A DNA stretch of 25,975 nt from Candidatus Sysuimicrobiota bacterium (GTDB lineage Bacteria; Sysuimicrobiota; Sysuimicrobiia; Sysuimicrobiales; Sysuimicrobiaceae). The translations under genes and the position numbers were made by a program. Numbering within the stretch: the stretch's first letter is position 1; each line of letters begins with the position of its first letter. The notes below the pieces were generated by a model. The model saw nothing but the letters and a program-made list of their open reading frames with translations. It was not told the DNA's origin and did not search any database. The stretch spans positions 1 through 25,975 of the forward strand of contig PSLI01000029.1 in the NCBI GenBank assembly GCA_040289515.1, given 5' to 3'. Positions 1-8,049 of this stretch are shown here, piece by piece.

Positions 1-1018
1 CAGCTACCGCCGCCACCAGCCCCCACACCCAGGTCCACCCGCCCTGCGCCTCCGGCATCCTGTGCTGCTCGCCCGGCTCCAGCTCCGAGGCCTGGAATTC
101 CAGCTCCTCGGCCTGGCTCAGCGCTTCTCCCACCCGAGCTAGCTGCTCCTCGTCGACTTCCGGCAGGCCCGCCAGCGTTTCCCGTGCACGCCGCACCTGC
201 TCCTGCAGATCGTCCACTTGCTGCAGCAGCGTGCGCCGGCTGGCCACCTCCCTGCGGAGGCGATCCCTCTTTTCCCGCGCCTGCTGGATCTGACGGTTCA
301 GCTCCAGCAGCTGCATCCGGTGCTGCAGATCGGCGTCCACCTCCGCCAACTGTCGGCGTAGATCCGCAAGTTGCTGTGCTGTCCGCCGGGCCTCCTCTAC
401 CGCCCGGCGCAGGTCCTCCGCGCGGGATTGCAGCTCGCGGAACCGCTGCTGCAGCCGGTAGAGCCGGCCCGGGTTGGTGGCCGGCCGGCTGAGGCCCCGT
501 TCGAGGTCCTGCAAAGCCTTCTGCAGGGCCTGCAGGGCGCGCGAGGCGTCCTCGTCCGCGCCCGCCACGATGCGGCCCAGCTGGGCTGCCACGCCGCGCT
601 CTTGGATCTGGTCCAGCTCCGCCTGCTTGACGTGCGCGGTGGCCAAAAAAGCCTTCTCGGAGTGGAACCCCAAGGCGCGGCAGATGGCCTCCTGGACCTC
701 CCGGGAGCGCTCCCACGTCCTGCCCTGGCCCCGCAGCACCATCCGGTTCGCGGCGAAGTCCTTGATCAGCTCGAACCGGCCCTGCGGGATCTCAAAAACC
801 AGCTCCAGCACCGGAGCCTCCGTCCCCCCCCACGGCCGGAGGTCGGAGTCCTGCCGATCGGAGGTGGGGTTGGCGAACAGCGCCCCCCGCAGGGCGTCCC
901 GCAGGGCGGACTTGCCCGCCTCGTTGGGCCCCACCACTACGTTCAAACCCGCGGCGAACTGGAAGCGCGCGTCCCGGTGCTGCCGGAAGTTCCGGACCCG
1001 CAGCTCCAGCAATCTCAC
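1..1018 (-). CDS. SMC/Rad50/SbcC-like AAA ATPase (YhaN-like), 3' end runs off the window
   Basis: Not in the ORF track because it has no stop in the window. Manual translation from GTG 1018 (GTGA overlap with the upstream stop) gives MRLLELRVRNFRQHRDARFQFAAGLNVVVGPNEAGKSALRDAL (Walker A GPNEAGKS), then a long Q/E/R/L-rich coiled coil, then a hydrophobic stretch GGWTWVWGLVAAVA at the window edge. The frame is open to base 1. Confidence 0.88.
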   Translation of the reverse strand, partial: MRLLELRVRNFRQHRDARFQFAAGLNVVVGPNEAGKSALRDALRGALFANPTSDRQDSDLRPWGGTEAPVLELVFEIPQGRFELIKDFAANRMVLRGQGRTWERSREVQEAICRALGFHSEKAFLATAHVKQAELDQIQERGVAAQLGRIVAGADEDASRALQALQKALQDLERGLSRPATNPGRLYRLQQRFRELQSRAEDLRRAVEEARRTAQQLADLRRQLAEVDADLQHRMQLLELNRQIQQAREKRDRLRREVASRRTLLQQVDDLQEQVRRARETLAGLPEVDEEQLARVGEALSQAEELEFQASELEPGEQHRMPEAQGGWTWVWGLVAAVA

Positions 1019-2118
1019 CCCAGCACTCCTCGCCCCTGGAGAGCCGCCACCCCCAGCTGCAGGGCCTCCTCCAGCGTCTCCCGCTCGTCCGGCGCGCACG
1101 CCTGCAGCCGCTGCTGCATCAGGCGCACGAACTGGCCCAGAACCGTTCCCGGCTCGAACCGCCGCAGGGCGTCCTCATCCAGCCGCGGGTGGCATTGGTT
1201 CCGGATCACCAGCCGGAAGAAGCGGTCTGCGTGCTCCTGCAGGGCAGCCGGCAGCACCGGCAACTGGTCGGGCTCCAGCAGGCCCTGGAGAACCACCTCC
1301 AGGACCAGGTCCGGGTCCGCCAGCTCCTCCAGCCGCGTCTGCAGGGCACGCTCGTCCAGGCCCTCCACCGCCAGTGTCTCCCGGTGGTAGCGGCGGCGGG
1401 CCACGCGCACGCGCTCCACACACACCCTGCCCGGGCCCTCCACGGTCACCACCAGGACATACCCGAACCCCGGTTGGTCCAGGCCGAGGAACTCCGGCGC
1501 TCCCGAGTACCAGCTGACGCACGGTGCTGGGTGGACTTCCTGCGCGGAGTGCCAGTCCCCCAGGGCCAGGTAGTCCAGCGCCAAGGCCCGGATCTGGTCG
1601 GGCCGGATGGCCGAGGGACCCTCTACCTGCCCGGGCCGGTACACAGACCCATGTGTCAGGCCCACGGCGGGGGATCCCTGCGGCGCAGGCCAGCCCTCCA
1701 GCGGGTTCCGGCCGGGCGTGGCGGAGCGGCCCAGAACCACCAGCCCAGAGTCCAGCCGGATGGCCTCAGGATGCTGCCCGAACACCATCACTCCTTCCAG
1801 CCGGCTAACAAACTCCGGACGCGCCCACACGCCGTCCGGCGCAGCGTCATGGTTGCCCGCCACCACGAACACATGGACACCTGCCTGCACAAGCCTGCGC
1901 AGCTGATCCGCAACGAAAGAAGCCAGAGCCCGCGGCGGGTGGGAAGTGTGGAACAGATCCCCGGCCACCAGAACCACCTGACAACCCCGCTCCAGCGCCA
2001 GGTCCACGCAGCGGGCGAAGGTGCGGCGCAGCTGCTCCCGCTGCTCGGCGCCCTTGGGGCCCAGCCCGGTGAAGGGGCGACCCAAGTGCACGTCCGCCAC
2101 GTGAAGGATCCGGATCAC
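1015..2118 (-). CDS. Mre11/SbcD-family DNA repair metallophosphoesterase nuclease (YhaO-like)
   Basis: Motifs LHVADVHLG, VAGDLFH, GNHD, THGS, DYLALGDWH and YSGAPE. Coupled by GTGA overlaps on both sides, and directly upstream of the SMC-like ATPase. Confidence 0.92.
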   Translation of the reverse strand: MIRILHVADVHLGRPFTGLGPKGAEQREQLRRTFARCVDLALERGCQVVLVAGDLFHTSHPPRALASFVADQLRRLVQAGVHVFVVAGNHDAAPDGVWARPEFVSRLEGVMVFGQHPEAIRLDSGLVVLGRSATPGRNPLEGWPAPQGSPAVGLTHGSVYRPGQVEGPSAIRPDQIRALALDYLALGDWHSAQEVHPAPCVSWYSGAPEFLGLDQPGFGYVLVVTVEGPGRVCVERVRVARRRYHRETLAVEGLDERALQTRLEELADPDLVLEVVLQGLLEPDQLPVLPAALQEHADRFFRLVIRNQCHPRLDEDALRRFEPGTVLGQFVRLMQQRLQACAPDERETLEEALQLGVAALQGRGVLG

Positions 2119-2813
2119 CGCTGCAACCCGTCGATCAAGGGCAACAGCTCCCGCAGGTCGTAGATGCGGTCGCAGTCTACCTCCTGGAACACCCGGTCCC
2201 GGTCAATGAGCACCGGGTACACCCCCGCGGCCCGCGCGCCCTGGACGTCGGCCTCGTACGAATCCCCTACGTGCAACGCTTCTTGAGGTGCCACGCCCAC
2301 CGCGTCGAGGGCCACCTGGAAGATGCGGGGATCCGGCTTGGCGGCGCCCACCAGGGCCGAGGCCACCACCGCGTCGAAGTAACCCCTGAGGCCCACCCGC
2401 TCCAGCACATCGGGCAGGTCCGGCTCCCAGTTGCTCACCACCGCTAGGCGCAGCCCGCTGCGCCGCAGCTCCTCCAGCACGCCGGGTGCCTCGGGGTACG
2501 GCACGTACTGGGGCCTAGCCCGCGCCAGGATCTGGTGCATGCGTTCCGCGATTTGCTCCTCGTAGCCGGGAACCTCCAGGTGTGCCACCATCTCGCGGAG
2601 GAACTGACGCCAGGTCTGCTCGGTGAACTGGTCCGGGGGGATGTGGCTGAGGGCGGCGCTGGCGCGGGCGTAGGCCCGCTGCAAAGCCTCCCGATCCATG
2701 GTAACGTCGAACTCCCCCAGGCCCTCTGCCCACACGTCGAACCACGAGGGTCTGCCCTCCAGCAGGGTGTGCCCTGCGTCCAAGAACACGGCGCGCACGG
2801 GGCTGCGGGCCAT
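2115..2813 (-). CDS. HAD-IA family hydrolase
   Basis: Motif I VFLDAGHTLL, motif II VVSNW, KPDPRIF, and motif IV HVGDSYEADVQGA. Confidence 0.92.
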   Translation of the reverse strand: MARSPVRAVFLDAGHTLLEGRPSWFDVWAEGLGEFDVTMDREALQRAYARASAALSHIPPDQFTEQTWRQFLREMVAHLEVPGYEEQIAERMHQILARARPQYVPYPEAPGVLEELRRSGLRLAVVSNWEPDLPDVLERVGLRGYFDAVVASALVGAAKPDPRIFQVALDAVGVAPQEALHVGDSYEADVQGARAAGVYPVLIDRDRVFQEVDCDRIYDLRELLPLIDGLQR

Positions 2814-2817
2814 GCGC

Positions 2818-5800
2818 TCAGTCCCCCCGGGCGGTGTATGGACAGATGGAGGAGAACGCGCAGTACCGGCAAGCCCGGTACCAGTCCGGGGTGGCGGTGA
2901 ACACCTGCCGGCGGATCCCCTCCGCCACCCGGTCGATGACCTCCTCCACCTGGGACACCCAGTCGGGCTCGGGGCGCACCGAACCTACCACCACCCCTTC
3001 GGGACTGAGGAAGTGCAGCTCCATGCGGTCCGGCAGCCGCCCGTGCACCTCCCGGTAGGCGAGGGCGTACAGCCGCAGCTGCAGGCTGTCTTGCGCCCGT
3101 TGGTCCGCCTTGCCCTCCTCCCGGACCTCGGAGGTCTTGAAGTCCACCACGCACACCTGCCCGTCCCGCAGGTCCACCCGGTCCCACCGACCCCGAACCC
3201 GGGTGTTCCCGCGCAGGAAGGAGAAGGGGGCTTCCACCATGGCGGGCACGTGGCCGGATGCCTCCTGAAACTCGTAGAACCGGCGCAGCACTTCCCGCCC
3301 CTCTTGCATCCGGCGCTCCTCGTGCTCGGGGCTCAGGAACCCTTCGTTTACCCACACCCGCTCGAAGTACCCCAGCACGTCCTCCAGGGTCACCGGCTGG
3401 CGGCGAGCCCGCCGGCGGTGGTACTCCCGGAGGGCCTCGTGGATGGCGGCCCCGTACGCCACCCGGTGGTCGCGGGTCACCGGCACCCGCAGCACGTGGG
3501 TGTATTTGTACTTCAACGGGCAGGTCTGGTAGTCGTCCAGCTGCCGGAAGGACACGGTCACCACGCCATCCGGCGGAAGGATCCCCTCCAGCACCTCCGG
3601 CCCCGGGGCAGGCGCATGACGGCGGATCTGCTCCAGGGCCGAGGCGCGGAAGGCTCCCTCCCGCACCGCGGGCCGGTCCAGGGCCTCCAGGACGAACCGG
3701 CTTACCTTCCGGGGCCGCGCCCCTCCGTAGTCGCGGGCGCTGGTGAAGTACAGCTCCCGCTGCGCGCGGGTCATGGCCACGTAAAACAGGCGCCGCTCCT
3801 CCTGCAGGTGGTGGTCCCCCGCGGGCAGCACGTCCCGGATCAAGGCCTCCGGCAGCTCGATGGGGTCGGAGCGGTTCGTCACGGGGAACTTGTGGTTCAC
3901 GCACGACCCGATGAACACCACGGGGAACTCCAGGCCCTTGGCCTTGTGCACCGTCATCACCTGCACGGCGTCCGCATCGGGGTCGTGCTCCTCCACGGGT
4001 GGATCGTCCCCTGCGGCGATGAGGGCGTCCACGTAGCGGACGAACTCCACCGCCCGGTCGTAGCGAAGCAGCGGTGCCGCCCGGGCTACCAGGTCGAAGA
4101 ACCGGGCCAGGTTGCGCACCCGTGCTTCATCGGTGGGGTCTCCGGAGGTGGCCAGACGCTTTACGTACCCCGTGCGCTCCACCAGGTACACGTACAGTAC
4201 GCGCCCCGTAGGCTGCTCGGTAGCGAGCTGGCGCATGGCCTGCAGGTCCTCCGCCAGCTTGGCCAGGGCCGCCAGGGTCTCCGGCTGCAGCTCCGCCCGC
4301 AGGTCTCGCAACTCCGCAGCCTCCGCCTCTCCTGCCAGGAGCTGGCGCACCACGAACTCCAAAGACCGGTTGCGGGCCTGGGCTACAGCCAGACACCGGG
4401 ACGCGTCCGTGGCGCTCACCAGGTACAGGGGCGAGGTGGCCAGGAAGTACAGGCTCACGCTGTCCCGTGGGTTCGCCAGGGCCCGCAGGAAGCACAGCAC
4501 CAGCCGGATTTCCTCCCGGTCGTACAGCCCCCGGGTCCCGGTGAACTGGTAGGGGATCCCCCGCAGGTTGAGGGCCCGGAGGAAGGGCTCCGCGTCCGCG
4601 TTGGACCGCACCAGGATGGCCACGTCCCGGTATCGCCAGGCCCCCTGCTCCACCCGCTCCGCGATGGTGCGGGCCACGGCATCCGCTTCCGTGGTGAAAG
4701 AGTCGAAGTGCAGGTGCTGCGGCTCCGCTCCCGCAGGGTTGTTGGCCACAAGCCGCTTGTTGACCCGTTCCCGCACCTCCAGGCGGTCGGGGTCGTTGTG
4801 CCGGATCAGGCGGTAAGCGGCGTCCAGGATGGCCTGGCTGGAGCGGTAGTTGCGCACGAGGACGATGCGCTCCGCGTCCGGGTAGGTTTGGGTGAAGTTG
4901 AGAAGGTTGCTCAGGGCTGCTCCCCGCCACTTGTAAATGGCCTGATCGTCATCGCCCACCGCGGTCACGTTCCGGTGGGGGGACACCAGGAGTTTGACGA
5001 GCTCGAACTGGGCGTAGTTGGTGTCCTGGAACTCGTCGACCACCACGTAGCGGAACCGCTCCTGGTACCGCCTTAGCACCTGCGGGTGCTCCCGGAACAG
5101 CTGCAAAGTACACGTGATGAGATCCCCGAAGTCCAGAAAGCCGTGCTCCCGCATGCGCCGCTGATACGCGGCGTACACCTCCGCCAGCTCCAGCTGGCGT
5201 TCCGCCTCCTCCCGGGCTTCCGGGTCCGCGACCGCCGCCAGGGACTCCGCGTAGCGTCGGTAGTCCTCGGGTGAAACGTCCTCGTCCTTGGCGCGGCTAA
5301 ACAGCTGCACCAAGGCCTGCAGGTGCCGCGTGGGGTCCGCCAGAGGCCGGTACCGCCGCAGGGGTAGGTCGAATACCCGCTCCCGTAAGAAGAGCACCTG
5401 CTCGGCACGGTTCAGCACCCGAAAGTCCGGGGGCAGTCCCAAAAGCAGCGCGTGGTCCCGCAGGACCCGATCCCCGAAGGCGTGGAAGGTGGAGATCCAC
5501 ACCTCCGTGTATCCGTACGGCACCAGGACGTCCACGCGCTCCTCCATCTCACCCGCCGCCTTGTCGGTGAAGGTAAGGGCCAGGATCTCGTGGGGCTTGG
5601 CTCGCTTGGTGGCTATCAAGTACGCGATGCGGCGGGTGACCACGGTGGTCTTTCCGGTGCCCGCGCCGGCGATGATCAGCAACGGGCCCGTGTTCCATTC
5701 CACCGCACGGCGCTGCTCCGGGTTGAGGCCTTCCAGGATCCGCTCGGCAGGCGGCGGCAGGGCCTCCTCCAGCGCCAGGGGCAGCTGCACGAGGGGGCTG

Positions 5801-5823
5801 TCCCCGGAACGCTCAGGGCTCAC
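2818..5823 (-). CDS. UvrD/PcrA (SF1A) helicase fused to a C-terminal PD-(D/E)XK nuclease with a 4-Cys Fe-S signature (about 1001 aa)
   Basis: Helicase motifs: LNPEQ, AGAGTGKT, VVDEFQD, VGDDDQAIY, NYRS, TVHKAKGLEF, EERRLFYVAMTRA. Nuclease motifs: YQTCPLKY, GAAIHEAL, RGRWDRVD, VVDFKT, QLRLYALA, CRYCAFSSICP. The start is reassigned to GTG 5823 (GGAGGG Shine-Dalgarno, GTGA overlap with the recX stop); the 1222-aa track ORF overlaps recX in another frame. Confidence 0.93.
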   Translation of the reverse strand: MSPERSGDSPLVQLPLALEEALPPPAERILEGLNPEQRRAVEWNTGPLLIIAGAGTGKTTVVTRRIAYLIATKRAKPHEILALTFTDKAAGEMEERVDVLVPYGYTEVWISTFHAFGDRVLRDHALLLGLPPDFRVLNRAEQVLFLRERVFDLPLRRYRPLADPTRHLQALVQLFSRAKDEDVSPEDYRRYAESLAAVADPEAREEAERQLELAEVYAAYQRRMREHGFLDFGDLITCTLQLFREHPQVLRRYQERFRYVVVDEFQDTNYAQFELVKLLVSPHRNVTAVGDDDQAIYKWRGAALSNLLNFTQTYPDAERIVLVRNYRSSQAILDAAYRLIRHNDPDRLEVRERVNKRLVANNPAGAEPQHLHFDSFTTEADAVARTIAERVEQGAWRYRDVAILVRSNADAEPFLRALNLRGIPYQFTGTRGLYDREEIRLVLCFLRALANPRDSVSLYFLATSPLYLVSATDASRCLAVAQARNRSLEFVVRQLLAGEAEAAELRDLRAELQPETLAALAKLAEDLQAMRQLATEQPTGRVLYVYLVERTGYVKRLATSGDPTDEARVRNLARFFDLVARAAPLLRYDRAVEFVRYVDALIAAGDDPPVEEHDPDADAVQVMTVHKAKGLEFPVVFIGSCVNHKFPVTNRSDPIELPEALIRDVLPAGDHHLQEERRLFYVAMTRAQRELYFTSARDYGGARPRKVSRFVLEALDRPAVREGAFRASALEQIRRHAPAPGPEVLEGILPPDGVVTVSFRQLDDYQTCPLKYKYTHVLRVPVTRDHRVAYGAAIHEALREYHRRRARRQPVTLEDVLGYFERVWVNEGFLSPEHEERRMQEGREVLRRFYEFQEASGHVPAMVEAPFSFLRGNTRVRGRWDRVDLRDGQVCVVDFKTSEVREEGKADQRAQDSLQLRLYALAYREVHGRLPDRMELHFLSPEGVVVGSVRPEPDWVSQVEEVIDRVAEGIRRQVFTATPDWYRACRYCAFSSICPYTARGD

Positions 5824-6467
5824 AGCTCGCCCTCCGTTCCGGAAGACCCGGCAGGGTGCAGACCCACCGCCTTTAGGGCCCGCAGCACCGTTGCGGGGCC
5901 GAACCCGCGCCGCGCCAGGTAGGCGGCGAGCCTGCGGGAAGCCGCCGCGGGAGGCTGGCGTGCGTAGCGGGGAAGCCGTCTGCGCGCCACATCCACCGCC
6001 AGGACCTCCTCTTCCTCTGCGGCCTCCTGCAGGGCGGAGTGCACCAGCTCCGGGCAGATGCCCCGCTTGAGCAGTTCGTACCGCAGGCGGGCCGCCCCAA
6101 GCCCGCGGGAGGTTCGGCGGGCCTGCACCCATTCCCGGGCGAACCGCGCGTCGTCCACGAGCCCCTGTGCCTCCAGGTCCGCCACCACCTGTGCCACCAA
6201 TTCCGGGGCTGCGGCCTTCGCCAGACGCGAGGCCAGCTCCCACTTGGACCGGGGCCGTACGGCCACCAACCCCAGCGCGCGCCGCCGCAACCGTCGCAGC
6301 AGGTTCTGGCGCTCCAGCTGGCGCTCCGCGTCGGGCGGCAGTGGACCGGGGGCCTGGACTTGCAGCTCGCGCCAAACCGCTTCGGGGACGGTGAAGCAGC
6401 GGCCGTCGTCCAACCGCACCCGCACCTGCCCAGGTCCACCCTGTCGAACCGAGACCGCCCGCGGCAT
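5820..6467 (-). CDS. recX: Regulatory protein RecX
   Basis: RALGLVAVRPRSKWELASRL, LEAQGLVDDARFAREWV, GAARLRYELLKRGI and RRLAAYLARRGF match the three RecX helical repeats. Confidence 0.9.
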   Translation of the reverse strand: MPRAVSVRQGGPGQVRVRLDDGRCFTVPEAVWRELQVQAPGPLPPDAERQLERQNLLRRLRRRALGLVAVRPRSKWELASRLAKAAAPELVAQVVADLEAQGLVDDARFAREWVQARRTSRGLGAARLRYELLKRGICPELVHSALQEAAEEEEVLAVDVARRRLPRYARQPPAAASRRLAAYLARRGFGPATVLRALKAVGLHPAGSSGTEGEL

Positions 6468-6476
6468 TCGCCCGGT

Positions 6477-6505
6477 ATGATAGCAAACGATAGTTCGCCC
6501 CTCAA
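6477..6505 (-). promoter_or_regulatory. Sigma70-type promoter of the recX operon with a LexA (SOS) box in the spacer
   Basis: The minus strand reads TTGAGG-17 bp-TATCAT with an extended -10 TG. The spacer contains CGAACtatcGTTTG (6497-6484), one mismatch from the GAAC-N4-GTTC core. Confidence 0.7.
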
Positions 6506-6514
6506 GGGGCGAAC
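6493..6514 (-). terminator. Hairpin just after the qor stop, probable intrinsic terminator
   Basis: Perfect 9-bp stem GTTCGCCCC-ttga-GGGGCGAAC immediately after the qor TAG. It is followed by only a weak U-tract (tatcgttt). Confidence 0.5.
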
Positions 6515-6515
6515 G

Positions 6516-7496
6516 CTAGCCTTCGAACCCCGTGAGCAGCAGCACCTTGCCGGTGGTCTCGCGGCCTTCCAAGGCCCGGTGGGCGTCCGCCGCCTGCGCC
6601 AGGGGCAGGCTGCGGTCGATACGCAGCTTTAATTCCCCCGTGCGCACCCACCCCAGGACCTCCCCCGCCCTCCACAACAGCTCGTCGCGGCTTGTGGTGT
6701 AGTGCCACAGGACCGGGCGCGTGAGGAACAGGGAGCCCTTCTGGGCCAGTAGCTGGGGATCGAAGCTGGGAACCGGTCCGCTGGACTGGCCGTACAGCAC
6801 CAGCATCCCCCGCAGCGCAAGGCAGTTGAGGCTCTTCTCAAAGGTCTCCCTGCCCACGGAGTCATACACCACCTGCAACTTGCGGCCCTCCGTGAGGCGA
6901 AGGGCCTCCGATTCGAAGTCCTGCTGCGTGTACAGGATCACGTGGTCCGCACCCGCCTCCCGTGCCAGACGCGCCTTCTCCTCCGTGGACGCCGTCCCGA
7001 TGACCACCGCCCCGCGGCGTTTGGCCATCTGCACCAGGAGCAGGCCCACGCCCCCCGCGGCCGCGTGCACCAGGCAGGTGTCCCCGGGCTTAAGGGGGTA
7101 GGTACTGGTGACCAAGTAGTGCGCGGTCATACCCTGCAGCATGGCCGCCGCCGCCTGCTGGTACGTCACACCGTCCGGGATGGGCACCAGCCGGTGGGCA
7201 GGGGCCACCACGTACTCCGCGTAGGAGCCGAGCACGTTGGAGTATGCCACCCGGTCCCCGGGCTTCACCTCAGTGACGCCGGGCCCGACCGACTCTACCA
7301 CCCCGGCGCCCTCCTGGCCCAGGGCGGTGGGCAGGTCCACCTTGTACAGGCCCTTCCGCTGGTAGATGTCGATGAAGTTCACCCCGCACGCCACCAGCCG
7401 CACCAGGGCCTGACCCCGGCCGGGCGCGGGCGTGGGCACCTCCTCGTACCGCAGAATCTCCGGACCGCCGTGCTCGTGGATCCGAACCGCGTGCAT
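6516..7496 (-). CDS. qor: NADPH:quinone oxidoreductase (zeta-crystallin/MDR family)
   Basis: GVNFIDIYQRKG, LGQEGAG, LQGMTAHYL, VHAAAGGVG, VYDSVG, GSLFLTRP and TTGKVLL. AGGAGG Shine-Dalgarno and a TACAAT -10 (7533-7528) upstream. Confidence 0.95.
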   Translation of the reverse strand: MHAVRIHEHGGPEILRYEEVPTPAPGRGQALVRLVACGVNFIDIYQRKGLYKVDLPTALGQEGAGVVESVGPGVTEVKPGDRVAYSNVLGSYAEYVVAPAHRLVPIPDGVTYQQAAAAMLQGMTAHYLVTSTYPLKPGDTCLVHAAAGGVGLLLVQMAKRRGAVVIGTASTEEKARLAREAGADHVILYTQQDFESEALRLTEGRKLQVVYDSVGRETFEKSLNCLALRGMLVLYGQSSGPVPSFDPQLLAQKGSLFLTRPVLWHYTTSRDELLWRAGEVLGWVRTGELKLRIDRSLPLAQAADAHRALEGRETTGKVLLLTGFEG

Positions 7497-7596
7497 CTGC
7501 CTCCTCCCGCTGTGAGGTCACGCCGCTATTGTACCGTCGGCCACGCAGGCCGGGAGGACACGATCCTGGCTACAGCCCGGCCCACCGGGATCAGCC

Positions 7597-7876
7597 CCGC
7601 CAGGGAAGAAGAACGTGGCGGCCATGGTGGCCGTGGGCCACCCCAACTGCCGGTACGTGGCTACCGCGTGCGCCGCCTACCCGCCCGTGAACTTCCTCGA
7701 CAAGGTGCGCAAAGCGCTCAGCAGGGGGGCCCACGTTCATCCACACCTACGACCCGTGCCCCAAGGGCTGGGACTTCCACCCCTGGTACTCCCACGAGCT
7801 GGGCGAGCTGGGGGTGCGCTCCGGCCTGCTGCCCCTGTATGAGATCATCGACGGACAGGTGGTGTACACGTACGAC
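7597..7876 (+). pseudogene. Internal fragment of a 2-oxoacid:ferredoxin oxidoreductase beta subunit (PorB/oxalate oxidoreductase beta-like)
   Basis: GKKNVAAMVAVGHPNCRYVATACAAYPPVNFLDKVRKALS, then a frameshift in the G run near 7724-7732, then PTFIHTYDPCPKGWDFHPWYSHELGELGVRSGLLPLYEIIDGQVVYTYD. This matches the PorB pattern (YVATA...KVRKAL...GP.FIH...PCP.GW...G..PLYE). No N-terminus is present. Confidence 0.75.
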
Positions 7877-7912
7877 CTTGAGGAAGGTTCGGCGGGTCAC
7901 CGTCGTCGCCAT
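7874..7912 (-). pseudogene. 5' stub of a Tat-exported protein gene (twin-arginine signal), probably formate dehydrogenase alpha
   Basis: ATG 7912 with AGGGAG 8 nt upstream encodes MATTVTRRTFLKV, an exact (S/T)RRxFLK motif. The sequence then runs into the antisense strand of the porB-like fragment. The identity of the lost gene is inferred from context only. Confidence 0.6.
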
Positions 7913-7951
7913 GAAGCCCACTCCCTAGCCGACGGTGAGTCGCTTGATCCC

Positions 7952-8022
7952 AGTTTTGGGGCGGGCGGCGGACCTGTCAAAGGGATTTCCGCCGTGCGGA
8001 AACGCCCAGGCCGACGCATAAT
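7952..8022. promoter_or_regulatory. Divergent promoter region (Tat-gene stub / selD-fdhD) with a central inverted repeat
   Basis: Minus strand: TTGACA (7980-7975)-17 bp-AAAACT. Plus strand: CATAAT (8017-8022). Palindrome TTTCCGC-cgt-GCGGAAA at 7986-8002. Confidence 0.5.
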
Positions 8023-8049
8023 GCTGGAAAGGCTGTCTGGGAGAGGCCG

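Noticed and set aside
824..831. 8-nt G/C homopolymer in the SMC-like gene as a phase-variation tract
   Set aside because: It is in frame (W-G-G), and runs of this length are expected at this GC content.
2818..3560. Cas4-like domain as evidence of CRISPR-Cas
   Set aside because: It is fused to a UvrD helicase in a repair operon. No repeat-spacer array or other cas gene is in the window.
2698..5076. Long plus-strand ORFs (792 aa here; also 11349-13445, 17326-18531, 21584-22957, 22210-23757)
   Set aside because: These are antisense shadows of real genes in high-GC DNA, with no recognisable motifs.
5824..6486. N-terminal 220-aa extension of the 1222-aa helicase ORF
   Set aside because: It is low-complexity G/A/R/P sequence overlapping recX in another frame. 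A proper Shine-Dalgarno and GTGA-coupled start exist at 5823.
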